Positions 41,401 through 54,931 of a DNA stretch of 64,000 bases are shown one piece after another. The notes below the pieces were generated by a model. The model saw only the letters and a program-made list of their open reading frames with translations. It had not been told where the DNA came from and made no database searches. This stretch comes from a virus. Location of the stretch: the IMG/VR virus record IMGVR_UViG_3300028833_000004; one strand, written 5' to 3'. The position numbers were made by a program, and so were the translations under genes. The first letter of the stretch is position 1. Each line of letters begins with the position of its first letter.

Positions 41401-44400
41401 GATGCACCTTTGCCATAATTTTCTAAATTTATTGATGGATCTAATTTATATCTTTTTGCAACAAGTTTTTCAAAATAGTCAGGGTGTGTTTTTATATATG
41501 ACATAGACTGATCCACACCATATTGAGTTCTATTCTTAGGTAAAATTTCCTCACCACCCTTATATTTAATATTAGTAACAAAAATAGCTCCATATTTATT
41601 TATTGGGCCTGATATATTAGGTCTTCCATCTTTGAACCATTCTTTAAATCCTTTTAATGACTCAAAGTAGTATGGTGTATCATTCTTAAGTCCTCGGATA
41701 TTAGCTCTTTGCCACATCTATAAGATTTTATCGTCTTTATTTTTAGCTAATTCTTGTGTACTTTTTAATAACCAAAAGTTTCCACCATCCCAAGTAATCT
41801 AGGTGGTTTTTAATTCGCGTTTTTGATCATGAATTTTCCAAATTGGCTAAGTGTGACATAATTCAAATGCGACCTATAAATCTGCGGGTGTTTTGATTAA
41901 AATATCCCTAACACCATCAGAATATCTCTCACCAACTGTTAAATTAAAATTAAGTTCTGTAATTTCTTCACGTTTAAATAATTCACTATTTTTAAAGAAT
42001 TCAGATATAATTTCATCCTATGTTAATGGTATGAGATACTCTTTTTGATGATCTTTTATATATTCATTAGCAAGTTTTATTATGTCCGAATGAGTATAAA
42101 CAACTCCATTAATATCTTCATAAACACCAATAATTCCATTTGCTGGGTTTTGAACGACCGCTACACCATTAAATCTCTATTTTAATGAATCCTAATTCAG
42201 TTTAGTAACTAAACTTGAAGTTGCTAAATAAAATAACTACTAATTACTATAAGGTAATGTAGTAAATTGCCCAGAGGTTTTGGCAAATTCTTCCATCTAT
42301 TTAAGCAATGTTTGAACAATTAACTCTGCATTACTTGCCACCGAGTTTGTCTATAATTGCTTAAGGAGTTCCTTTGCCATGTATTTATGAAATTCTGAAT
42401 GATCTGGTGTATCCCATTTTTTAATAAATTTAGAAAAACTATCTTCTATAATGGATCCCAAAATTTCATACATATTTTGAACGAGCTCAGAATTTTCACC
42501 ATTAAAAGCAATAGCTGTTATAACCTAAGTTAAAGCAGGGATTTCAGAATCTTCACCTTCATGTGAATAATCCTACTAAATTCCATATCTTGAAGTGTTT
42601 ATTTTTGTTGTAACTAATGGAGAATTTGTTCCAAATATACTTTTACGTGTATTTAGAACACCCTAAGACTCTTTAGAAGACTCCTCATCAACTAATTTCA
42701 TAACCAGCTTAGGTTTAATTTCATCGCTGGTGTCATATTCACTAATTAAATCTGCGACTATATCATGTGAATCATCTGAAAATTCATATCCACTATTGTC
42801 AGATCTTTTATAACATTCAGCTTTACCAAATGCTTTCCATAAATCATATACAGTATTAATTTTAAAACCTTCTGATTCTAACTGTAATCCTAAAGTCTTA
42901 GCAACCGCAAGGTCTGGAACTAAAGAATTATCATCTGTATAAGTCCAGGAAAATTTTATAGTTCCATTTTCAGGATTAACCTAAGTTTCACTTAAATGGG
43001 CCATTCGGCCATTAAATGAGTAATAAATATCATAACCTAATTCAATCTTATTTTCTTGCCCGGTCTTCCAATTTTCAAGAAATTCCTATGTTATTGGCGC
43101 ATTATACATTTTACTCATCAATGCATATCCATCCATACCATTCCACTAATTTTCATTAGTAGATGCGGAAGTACTTCTAATCCATGCATTATTCATTTCA
43201 TAGTCAGCACATTTTAATTGTGTGAATCCGCCTAAATATGGTTGTAGTGCAATAATTTTCAGGGAGCTTGCAACATGCTTTCCAAATGTACTTCTCTCTT
43301 CATAATGTCTACACATTCTAGTAGAAAACACAGCACCGTCATGTGCCTTCATGACATCAGAATTTCCAAAGAAATTCTGTACAGGCATTATATTATGCTC
43401 CATATGAGCAATTTTAATTTTATGTGGAAGCCCATATTTATTACCCCCCATAAAAGGTTCATATGAAGCTGGGCCAGAGTTATAACGTTTTTTACTTTTA
43501 TTAAGTCTAACCCCTTCTTCGTTCGATATGTCTTTCTAAGTTTCTGATGAATACTCTTTTAACTCTTCAGATGAGTGAACTGATGAGCTTTTATCATGTA
43601 TCCAAGCATGCTTTAATGATACCTATAAATCAGCCTCTCTAGTTAAATATTTCATATAGTAATATTTTTTTAAAAAGGCATCTCTAAGTGGCTTTAATTT
43701 TTCATTTAATTCTCCTGCAAACGGGCTTTCTAACTATAAAAATTCAGATATTAATTTAAGGCTGTCTGTTTCAGATCCTTCTTTATAAGGTAAATCAAAT
43801 AGTTGACATAATCTAGCCTATTCTTCTTCACTAAGGGTGCTTAAAAAATCTGTTGGAAGTATTTTACATACTTTAAAATTATTAAGATCTTTAATAAATT
43901 CATTATATCCCTCATCTAAGACAGAATTAAAATAATCCTAATTATCGGCCATTCTAATTTGTTTATATAATGAATTATTAATACCAAGTCTGAATGAATT
44001 ATCACCTAATTTATGAATTGAAAAATGAACTTCTCGTAAGATGTTGATATCAGAATCTGGATAATTTTTCTGAAAATTTCCTAATAATTCTGATAATTTT
44101 TCCTAAGCAGCATATTCAGATGTAAATTCCCCAAGACCTTCTAAGTATTTGCCTAATGCCAATATATTACCAAACTGTTGACCAAAGATTTCCCCAGCGT
44201 CCTAGCATATTTTTGATTCAACTGCTTTGTAATAACTTTTATGCTAGTTATACCCAATATTTTTATAATCCTCTTCAGAAAGATTATACATTGTTGTATA
44301 CCCCTCATCTGATTTAACTAAGCATTTCATGTTCCAAACGCCTTTAGCAATTCTTATTTTATCAGAGTATGCTTCAATCTAATTTAGAAATATATTTTGT

Positions 44401-46529
44401 TTAACTATAGATTGCAAAAAGTCGCAGTACATACTAATTCCAGCCTAATCTGCAACCGAAACTTCTGGAGCCTAAAGAAATTTTGTAGAGTTTTTAGATT
44501 TAATTGCAACATCTCCACACATTACAATATGTGTAATATAGCCAGAATCTTTAGCTCTCTTTCCCCATGCAATAGTCTATCTTGTTAATTCAGGATACTT
44601 TACTAATAGATTTTCATTTTCAGAACCCTCCATCATCAGTTTAAAGTCTTCCAAATTTTTCTAAAAATCGCATATTGTATTATGTACTGACTCAGAGGCT
44701 AATTGGTCATTATTTTGATTTAAAACTTTTTCAGTTGTAGCAGAATTTAGGGAAATTACAACATCAGAAAATTCTATATAATCATCATTTCTTTTTAATT
44801 TTTTTATTATATTTTCAACTCCAGTTTTTAAAGCACTTTCTGACGGAATTTCTGAGGTATTTCCAAATTCCTAGATAACATATTTTCTATAAGCACGTAA
44901 GAATTTTCCCAATTTCTGGATATTATTTACGAATCTATCCTAAAGAAATTCATTTTGTAAAGAAATTCCTGTAATAGTTTGAAACATAAACTACATTCTT
45001 TCCGAAAAAATATCGTTGAATGTATCAAATGTTCCAGAGGGGCCTATTTGAAATTCATCAAAAAATAAATATTTTTTACCCTCACTAAGTGTTCTAGTAA
45101 GTGCATTTCTAATACATGATATTACCCCCTATTTAGAATTCTGCCTTTCTAAAGGGGATTTCAATTCTGATGATCCCTCTGGTGTGATCATTTGATAAGC
45201 CATTGGTGAAGAGCTTAATCTTTGCACAACAGCAGCTGCTGCATTATCCATCGAGGTGTCCGATCTTTCCTTTACAGATGAATTTTCACTTTTTTGTACC
45301 TTTATATAAGAATCTAGATATTTTTTTAATTCTGCTGAAAGAGCTTTGCAAGAAATCTCTGAAGCTCTATCTTGAATGTGGGGATTTTCTAGCACATTTA
45401 TTAAAGCTTGAATTTTATCTTCAATACTTATTTCAGATTCTAAAACATCTATTAAATCCTGTTCTTTATATCCTAAATCAGTTCTAGCTCGCTTTAATGT
45501 TAATAGTAATCTACTCATAAATTTAGTAGACATAGTTTCCCCATTTGGAAGCTCTATGGATTCAACAAAATCTTTTAATAAATTAGATAGTCGTTTTTCT
45601 GCATCTATATCTGAAAAGTTATCAGCAAATGATCCAGGTAAATCTTTAGTATTTTCTTTAATATATTTATCTGGAATGTATGCTAACTATCCAAAGTAAT
45701 TTTTATTAACTTTAATGGATCCGTTAGTTAAATCTTCAACAACTTGATCAAAATTCTATAATATATAAAAAGCTGCTATTGGATTTATTAAATTTTTTCT
45801 GGTTTGAGTATTTTTTAATTCCTAGATAGGCTAGAAAATTTCTCCCCTATTTTTTAATTCTTTACTATAAATATAGTTCCAGAATGTATCTAGCACCATT
45901 TTATAATTTTCTAAACTTTTCTAAGTATTAGAAGAAGACAGCTAAATTCCAAACATTACAGGAAGTTTCTACTAATCTTTTAGATATCTAATAATTGTGT
46001 TTAAAAGTTCCTGTCTATATTTTAATAATACATTAGATAAATCTTCTGTAGATCTTACTATTGTTTTTCCCTATGAGTCCCAACGGATAAGCCCCTTTAA
46101 TCTGTTTTTAGTATCTCTGTAAACTGCTTGATTTATAGAGTTAGAAAATACGGGTATAAAACTTGATGAACTGTTTTTTGTATTAAAAAAATCTCCTGGA
46201 TTCGGTACATGAATATCGTTCAACTATTTTTTAATGTTAATAGCTGTTGGTTTTATTACCATACATAAATCCTTAGAAATCATTTCATTTATTTCATCTA
46301 ATGTATCCTGCAACTTCTATCTAATATTAATATCCGTAGATGCATCAATAGCCATCTAAATTAGATATTTTTTTTCCTGAGTAGTATATACAACCCAATC
46401 AAATATCTAATCATTTTTAAATTGGGAGATAAGTGTATCATCTCCCAATTTTAACTTATTTAACCATTTCTAAGATGTCTCAGTTTTAAGTGTATTATTT
46501 TTAAAAAGTCTACAATATAATGTTCCCAT
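35472..46529 (-). CDS. 3,685-aa late protein (TAG read as sense); putative virion-packaged DPBB RNA polymerase
   Basis: The phase is open from ATG 46527-29 to TAA 35472-74 with 0 TAA/TGA and about 93 TAG (hand count). Merges nine track fragments that share one phase. DYDID motif at 40860-40874. Confidence 0.8.
40860..40874 (-). other. D-Y-D-I-D candidate catalytic metal-binding motif
   Basis: WFQGSDYDIDKAY in track fragment 40770..40958. Resembles the DbDxD signature of DPBB RNA polymerases, including QDE-1-like and crAss-like virion RNAPs. Confidence 0.5.
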
Positions 46530-46539
46530 ATTTATATTT

Positions 46540-49500
46540 TTAAGTAATATTCTAACAGAATTCCAAAGAATCCGCAAAATCCTCGATTATCTTCCTAATA
46601 TCGTCTCTATCAAAATTACCCTAAATAAAACTACCAATTACAAACTATTTCTCATAAGCAAAATTAAATCCCAGTTCAATTACGCTTCTAATAAGTCCTC
46701 TATCAAGTTCAATAGTCTCACCATTAAAAGTAATTTGTGCGGGATCTGTAAGTATATAATTCTATAAATGAGTTATTACATTTACTAATGGGAGGTTGTA
46801 ATACATACCTCCAAGCTACTTGCCAAAAGCCTTTATATATTCAATAACGTCAGATCCACTTAATGTACTTCCATCGGATATTTTAACCTGCGCATTTATT
46901 AGTACCTGTTCAAAAGCTTTTTCAAACTCCTCAATATTTTCAATTGAATCTCTAGTGTCCGGTACATCTTTAGAATCATTTATAATTTCCAGATTACCTT
47001 CATCTATTACAAAATTTGCATATTCATAACCCCTTTCAACAATTATTGATTCTGGGGGGAGATTTATAAGATCCTCTATTGGTAGTGATTCATAGGCAAA
47101 CTCAGAAAGGTTTTTATTAATATACCTTAAAATAGGGTCTAAAATTAAGTCAAAATTGCCATTAGTAATACATGTATTTGCTAGATCAAATTGTATTGCT
47201 TTTCCAGTGGCTTCAGCTGTATTTTTCTATCTTTCAAACTAGGCTATCTATAACAAAGAGTCTACAAATGTATCTATTATATTTTTCTATAACCCTGATT
47301 CTCTTAGTGCTTCCTTTAATTTCTCTTTTAAAGATATGCCAGGCGTAGTTTCACCCGTAGATACAAATTGATCAAATTCATTTAATATCTATTTATATTC
47401 CGGATTTTTAACAGCGTGTAATAATAAATTTAATAGTTTGCGATGTCCATAAAAACCTAAGGTATGTTGACCCGAAACTGCTGGTCTAGATTTCCACCAA
47501 ATTCCATTATTTTTTTCAACACTGTCTCGATAGTATGTTAATATATCTGGAATTATTGACTTAACCTATATAGGAATTTTTTCACCTATAGGGCTTTCTA
47601 AGATTATCCAATATTGATCAGAAAAGTATTTAAGTGATTTTTTTCCCTCTTTTGTAAAAGGAAGTCCTCTATATTGCTCAAACCATTTTAAGAATTCATC
47701 TCCCTATGTATTAATGGTATGTTTAGTGGGATCCCAAACATCTTTTTGAGAATATTGAAATCCCATATCGATATAATTAGCCAAAGTAGTTCTTTTATAT
47801 TTAAACTGATCTCCAAGTAATTCATAATTCAACCCAAGCGTTGGATCGATAACTAAATCTCGCATACCAGTCTACTAATAAAAAGCTGAATTAGTGGATA
47901 CGTTCCCCATAAAAAAGCTTTTGGAACTTTTACTAATTAATTCAGATTTTCTTTTTGTTCCTTTCTGACGTAGTCTAACTACTAATGGAACTCTTCCACT
48001 ATCAAAATACTCAGAATAAAGATCTTTAATTAATTCACTACTTGTTCCATCTTCATCCTTTGTATATCCAATTCGCATAACAGTAAATGGGAATATTTTA
48101 ATTTCCCCATCATCTGTCATCTATAGTGTGACTGTTGCCCTACATATATTTTCTGGAATTGGATCTTTATCATTTATTTTTTCAAAAGCCCAGTCCTAGG
48201 TTTTATTATATTTATGAATTAATATTTCAAAATCTGAACCACGGACAGCTAAATCCTTTCTTAAAAAGAGTATAAAAGATTTAAATGATTTTAAAAAATC
48301 CTTACCAGAACGTAAAGCTAAATTTTTATCTATATTAAATCCTTTAGGGAGTTTATCTGCCTCTAGTAACATTTTAAAATGACCTACCTCAGAATTAGAA
48401 CTCCAGGCCTCCAACCATTTTTTATTATAACCTTTAATTTTTTTAATGGTTTCTCTAGATTCACCTGTTCTAATATACCATCCCTAACCTATAAAGAATT
48501 TGGAATCGTTTCCCCACTATTTAGAAATTCTTCGACTTATAGTTGATCTAGTTTTTTCTTTCGGAGTCTCAGATGATTCTTCAGATATTTTTTCTGAAGG
48601 TGTTTTAGATTCTTCTTCTGTCATATCGTCAATAACAGTCGAATCTAATTCTTCTAATTCAATATTAGTAAGCTCTTTATCTGGAATTTTTTTTACCTTT
48701 TCTGGAGACTCTTCTAAATCTTCTGTTTTTAATTTTGGTATTGTATTATCTAAATCTTCTAATTTTGGAAGTATTTGTTTGAGTGTCTCAGATAATTCCT
48801 ATCCAAAATTTGATGAGATTTTACTAAATAACGCCACATTTTTAACAACATGATCTTTATTTAAATTAACTGATTCAAATAAATCATCAGAATCAGCCTG
48901 AATAATTAAAACACCATTTTTACCACGTGTTATTGTTGTGTAGCATTTTGTAGCATTAGTCTCTGTTGAATGTATATCTGAATTTTTAGCCTTCTACTTA
49001 TATGAAATAACATAATCATATTCAGCGCCCTATAAATCTTTCAATGTTTTTATAACAAATTTGTCAGAGCCTAACCCAAAATTCTAAAGATCTGCTTTTA
49101 CCGCATCTGAATTATCATAACTATCAACAACTACTACAATACTTCCAGATATATTATCTATAACATTCTAAATTTCATCATTATCCTATGAATAATGGAT
49201 TCCTAAAAATCCATTTGATTTATTTATAGTATATTCAAAAGATATTTCTGATAAACCATCTAGTAAATCCCTAGAAGTATTACTATCCCACGCAGCATCA
49301 CGTTCAATATCTTGGTTACCAATGCCATAATGTTTACTATCTAAAGTAGATTTTAAAATAGAGGTGTTATAATTCATCGCTTGATTGTGAAACCTCCATC
49401 CGCCAGATAATTTTGGAATTGATATTTTTCCCAAATATCTTAATCCACCAGTAAATATTGCATTATTAAATTCAATAGTATCCGATTGCTAAGTTTCATC

Positions 49501-52500
49501 CCCCAAAGCTATAATAATACCCTTATTTTCAGACACCATTTTCTATAAAACAGCATATTCAAATGCATTTAATAAAGTACATTCGTCTAAAATAAAAGCG
49601 GTTTTATCAGAATTAATATAATGAATTTCTGGAAGTGTGTTAAACGTTTTTCTAGTTGGCTGGGAATCTTCTAAAATTTTACCATCTACTATAGGTAAAT
49701 GACATACAAATTCAATAACAGTTTTATCCCCATCTTTTATCTACACTATAATCTAGAGATCGTCTGGATTAGCTCTATTAATGGAGAAGCCATCTGGAAG
49801 TTCTACTTCTTCGCCCTTAGATAATTTAGAGATATTACTATTAATAAATTCCTCGGCCATCTTTTCATACTCTTTATAATTTTTAGAGTATGTTTCAAAT
49901 TTTTCATCTGAAATTAATTTATGTAACTATTTAGAAGTTACACTTTCATCAGAATCACCTCCAAATAATTTATATAACTCATCAGTTTTCTCCTAAGCTA
50001 GTGCTGTTGTTGCTATTTTATATCCCTTAGATTTTAAATAATCTTTTAATAAACTAGATATAAAGGTCTTTCCAGCGCCACCCTCACCAAATAAAAAGAT
50101 CATTCTCTCCATTTGATCCTTTATCCAGAGCTCTCCTGGGTTATTATTGATCTGATTATTAATATATCTATTAACTGAGTCAAATATTTTTGAGTTTTCT
50201 ATATAAGTAATTATCCATTCCAGTGCCTCGAGTTGATCCTATCTAGGATAAAAGTTTGGATTTTTATCAAGAACATCTTTCTATATTATAGTCTATACAC
50301 TTTTTGGATCTATGGCTAAATACCCAGAGAATTTATACGCCCAATAATATCCGTTAATTATTGAATTTCCAGCCGCGTCTTCCTGATAAATGTTAGTAAT
50401 ATCTGAATCGAAATCACATAAATTTATCCCAGAATCTGTTTTAGAAATTAAATTACCTGATATTAATTCTGATGGCATGATAATATTCTATATTATCCAA
50501 TCATCCAAATCATCAGAACCTGCCTGAGATACATATTTTTCTCTAAGTGCCCTAATATTTTTACAGATTTCCTATTCACATTTTAAAATAAATTCTAATT
50601 GTGCACTCTCATCATCTGGAATATCCTGATTAATAAGCTCTTCATCGAGAAGATAATAATCCTTTTTATCAGGCAAAGTTAGCTTAGGTCTTCCTTTATA
50701 AAAAGAAACTTTACTTTTTATAAATTTTTTCTTCTAAGCCTTAAATACCTGTAATTTATTAGCAGTTAATTCCGAACTAATCTGTTTTAAATCACTCAAA
50801 CGGAACTGAATATCGCTAATCATTGCTTTAACCATTCTAGCATCTTCAGGATCAATTAAACCTAATAAATCTTTTTTATGTGTAGGATCTCCATATGCAT
50901 TCAGATACTAAACACGCAACTGATTAAATCCATACATTCTCTAGTCCTTCTCTAAATCATATGAAGTCATTCCTTCTATGACTGCCATCATAACTTTTAA
51001 AGTTTGTATGGTGGAATCAATTGCTTCAAGTTCAGAATCTGAAAAATTGGTTTTTTCAAAGTCGCCTTCTCCACGCTAAACTTTTAATTCCTAATCAATA
51101 AAATATTTACCTAAAGTTGATCCTTTTGTTGTTCCATTTATAGCTAAATATAATTTATCAAAAACCCCCAATAATGGATTTTTTACCGCGGTTGAGCTAG
51201 TTACCTTAGTATTAAATTTGTTTATTTGATCAAATTCAGGCTGAAGATATTCTTTAAGAGCTTGCCCAACACTTGTTCCAACTGGATAAGTTATTCCAAT
51301 TATTTTAGAAAATTGTTCAAGTTCTTCTGGTGTATTTACTGGTTGGTAATCTTTACTTAACATCTCTCCGAATCTTTGTAAACCATCTAATGATTTTAAC
51401 GATAGATCTTGGAAATCTGATTCATATGCTACAAATTCATCCTCTCTAGCCTCAAAAAAAGGTCTTACTTTATTTAACTTATCAATCAACTATATCTTAA
51501 TAATCTACTCTATACGATCTAAAATACCCTATTCAACAGCATCATCATCCGCAATATAATCGTATAAATCATTGAACTATATTCCAGATATTTTAGATAA
51601 GTCTGCGTTTGAATTATAATTAATAACTCCAGAACGAATGTCTACAGTTGAGTCAGAAGTGTCTGCAAGTTCATTTATTCTATGTCTATATATAGAAGAC
51701 TCGTCTCCATATCTCTCATTTACACGGGCAATTAGATTTTTAACAGACTCTTCATTAAGTTCAACAAATCTTGCCGCAAAAGCTTCAGAATTAATTAATT
51801 CTGCCAAAACTTTTTTCTATTCATCATTAAATCCTACAAATTCAATAACTCCATTATCTATGAGGGCTTTAGCCCAGTTAGTCTACATTCTCTATTTAAG
51901 AGTAAATGCATTAGGATGGGCTTTTATATAAGATACTAGATTTTTAGTTCTAAATTCAGAATTTACTTTGTCAAGTTTGTCCTTAGCTGATGAAACATTT
52001 GCATCATACTAAATATCCTATTTTAACTCTTGACGAGCAGAAAGAAGCTATTTCTCTTTTTCATCATCATTCCAGGAGTCAATTAAATCTTTATCAAAAA
52101 AATGGTCTATAGGCAATTGATCTATATATTCAGATAAAGTTTCTGTATTAATTATAGACTTTTCAATAGCTTTTATTACAGCATATTTATGCTCCATATC
52201 AACAAACTTTGATAACTCTGGTGAGATTCTTTGTTGTATAGAATCAAATACATTGACCATTAAATCCACATATTTAACAAACTCTGGAGTAACTTCCCCA
52301 AATTTATCGTGTGTATATAACTTATATAATTCATCAACCTTAGCTTTGGTTAATTTATCTGGATCTGGAGAATCGTCTTCTAACTAATCATAACTTTTAT
52401 TAACTCCATCCTTATTTAAAACATTTTGATAAAAAGATTCTTTATCCAAACCTAATAAAGCTTGACCCAAGAATGGGTTAGATATTAAAGTTGCACCTGA

Positions 52501-54930
52501 ATATGAATCTACATAAGCTTCTCCAGAGAAAAATTGTCTAGAATATTTTAAGGCCTATTCAAATTTCTTTTTATTGAGTGCTTTTGTATTTTTAGGTTTT
52601 TTATCCTCATTTTCAACGGATTCAACTGATTCAGAAATATTAGGGTCTTTAGAATCTTTTGATTCTTCGGACTCTTCCAAAGAACCTGCGTAAACATCAT
52701 AGGCATCTTTTAAATCAATTAAGCTTGACTTAAAACGCTATTTAATATATTCCTCAACCTTTGTATCCTTCCAATCAGCTTTAAATTGTTGGATAAAAAT
52801 ATTTTTAACATCCTCATTTAAATTTTCAATTCCAGTTCCAACTAAAGAATCTTTAATAACCTTATCAATAGTTTCAACATGTTTAATAGCAGCATCAACA
52901 ATCATGTCTGCCTAAGTTATCTGCCCGTCCGCCTTCAATTCATGAACCTACCCGTCTTCACCTACAATACCTGTAGCAGCTCTCTTATTACTTAATAATT
53001 TTCTACACTTCTATAATTCATTTATAAGTTCATCTTTTCGACCATAAAATAGTGCATCTATGATATCATAATCTTTTTCTAGATCGAATCTAGACTTATA
53101 ATTAGGATCTATGAATGTTCTTCTAATCCAAGGATCTAAGTGCATTTCCTATACTGAAAATAAACCACCACCTAAAGCACCACCAATAAGAGTCTATAAA
53201 TATCTTGAGGCTCCTTCTTTACTAAATACATTCTACCATCCTCCAAAAGATCCCTATTTACCTGTAAAACCTAACCATGAAAGTGTATCAATAATTCCTT
53301 TAATGCTATCTTGAACAACTTCTTCAGAAACCTCTTCTACACCTTCAACTACCATATTTTTCCAAATATCCTCCCCAGAGGCTCTAAAAGCATCGTCTAG
53401 CCAATTTAAAGTCTTTGCTTTAAATGCTGATATACTATTTAATAAAGACTGTTTAGATTTTGTGGCAACTGCCTATTCAACGTCTTTCTAAATATCTGAA
53501 TATAAGGATTTGGCAATTTTTATAATAGGCCTTCTTGTAATTTCTCGATCATATCCGGTGGTAGCATCTAAAAACCATGTTCCAAGTCCATTGGCCGTTT
53601 CATTAAAGTTCATTATTCCAAACAATGCTGAGGCACTTAATAAACTGGCAATTCCAGCCGTTCTTTTATCATACCCGCTTTTAATTGCATCATTATAAAC
53701 ATCAGACACTGATATAAGACCCATATAACCTAAACTAAACGCTTTAGCCGCCTTATTCATTGATTCGGCATACTTTTTATAACGTTCAAAATCTTGGGCG
53801 GTTTTTAATTCCTTCGGAACTTTATATAAAAAATTGGCAAGGGATGCTGCAGCTCTCTATTGATATAACTGTCCAAATATATCTGAAAGCATATTTCCTA
53901 TTCCTTCAGCGGAAAATAAATTCTACTTACCTTTCTAAGACATACTTGGATTAAACTTTCTAAACCAATTCTCTAAAGATGTCGCACCATTATATATAGC
54001 AGATGAATCATCTCCTAAAAAGACACTTTCCATTGATTTATAAAAAGTAGGCATTACTGAAGCTAATCCCCAAAGGGCCTAAAATGCTCCATAATAAGCA
54101 TTAAATCCAGGAATCATATAAGGTAATACAGAAGCTATAGTCTTCATAGCAACTCCGCCTAATGATTTTTCATATCCATCAGAATCGAAGAAATCCATTT
54201 TATTTAATGTTGTTCCTTCTTTAGTCAGAACGTCCTATACAGCTACAACTTCTTTATCCAAAATTTCCCTATTGCCAAGTAATTCAGTAAAGTATTGGCC
54301 ATTCTCATCAGTAATAAATTCACCTTTGGCGTGGTATCCTTCCTCACCTGTTATAGGATTTTTCTAAAAACCGTCCTGATCATATTTAGCATAAATTAAT
54401 GTTTCTCCAAATAAATTGGAAAATAATCCTCGACTTTCTGCGGAATCCTTGAGTCTGGTTCCAGTTACAGGATCATATATTTTACCCTTCTATGCAGCTT
54501 CCCATGGGGTTAATTTAGGTTCACTTTGGACATTTAAACCTATTATACCAGTGGACTGCTGAAGGGGATTGTTTTTTTCTACTTCTGGTTTATAAAGAAC
54601 ATCTTTAACCCTAGCCCCAAGCGGTTTATATCTGCTGGTCGGACTATATTCTAAATACTGACTTAAATTATCCACCAGATGATCATTATCTAACTAAAAA
54701 TATCGCTGTTCAGCCAGAGTATAAATCTAATTAAATTCATCTTCTTTAAAGTTTCCCTATTCATCAGTAAAGGCTTTCTTTATAAATGGTTTGGATTTAT
54801 ATTCCTCCTTATCTAATAAAGCCGTATTATTAATATTTATATCATTCTATAAAAAATCAACTACGGTTGAACTGGGATCACTTAAAAGTGTTGCAACTAA
54901 TATATCATTCGGTTTTTGAATAGTATCCAT
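46540..54930 (-). CDS. 2,796-aa late protein (TAG read as sense) with an embedded SF1 helicase core
   Basis: The phase is open from ATG 54928-30 to TAA 46540-42 with 0 TAA/TGA and about 73 TAG (hand count). Merges nine track fragments that share one phase. Confidence 0.8.
48901..50088 (-). other. SF1 (RecD/Dda/Pif1-like) helicase motif set
   Basis: Walker A GEGGAGKT (50065-50088), motif II FILDECT (about 49576-49596), motif V-like LQGAEYDYVI, and motif VI YTTITRGKNGVLII (48901-48942). Confidence 0.6.
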
Positions 54931-54931
54931 A

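Noticed and set aside
47211-47290. A 10-bp direct repeat ATTTTTCTAT occurs 60 nt apart.
   Set aside because: It is short, AT-rich and lies inside a coding frame, so it is expected by chance in this composition. There is no array structure.
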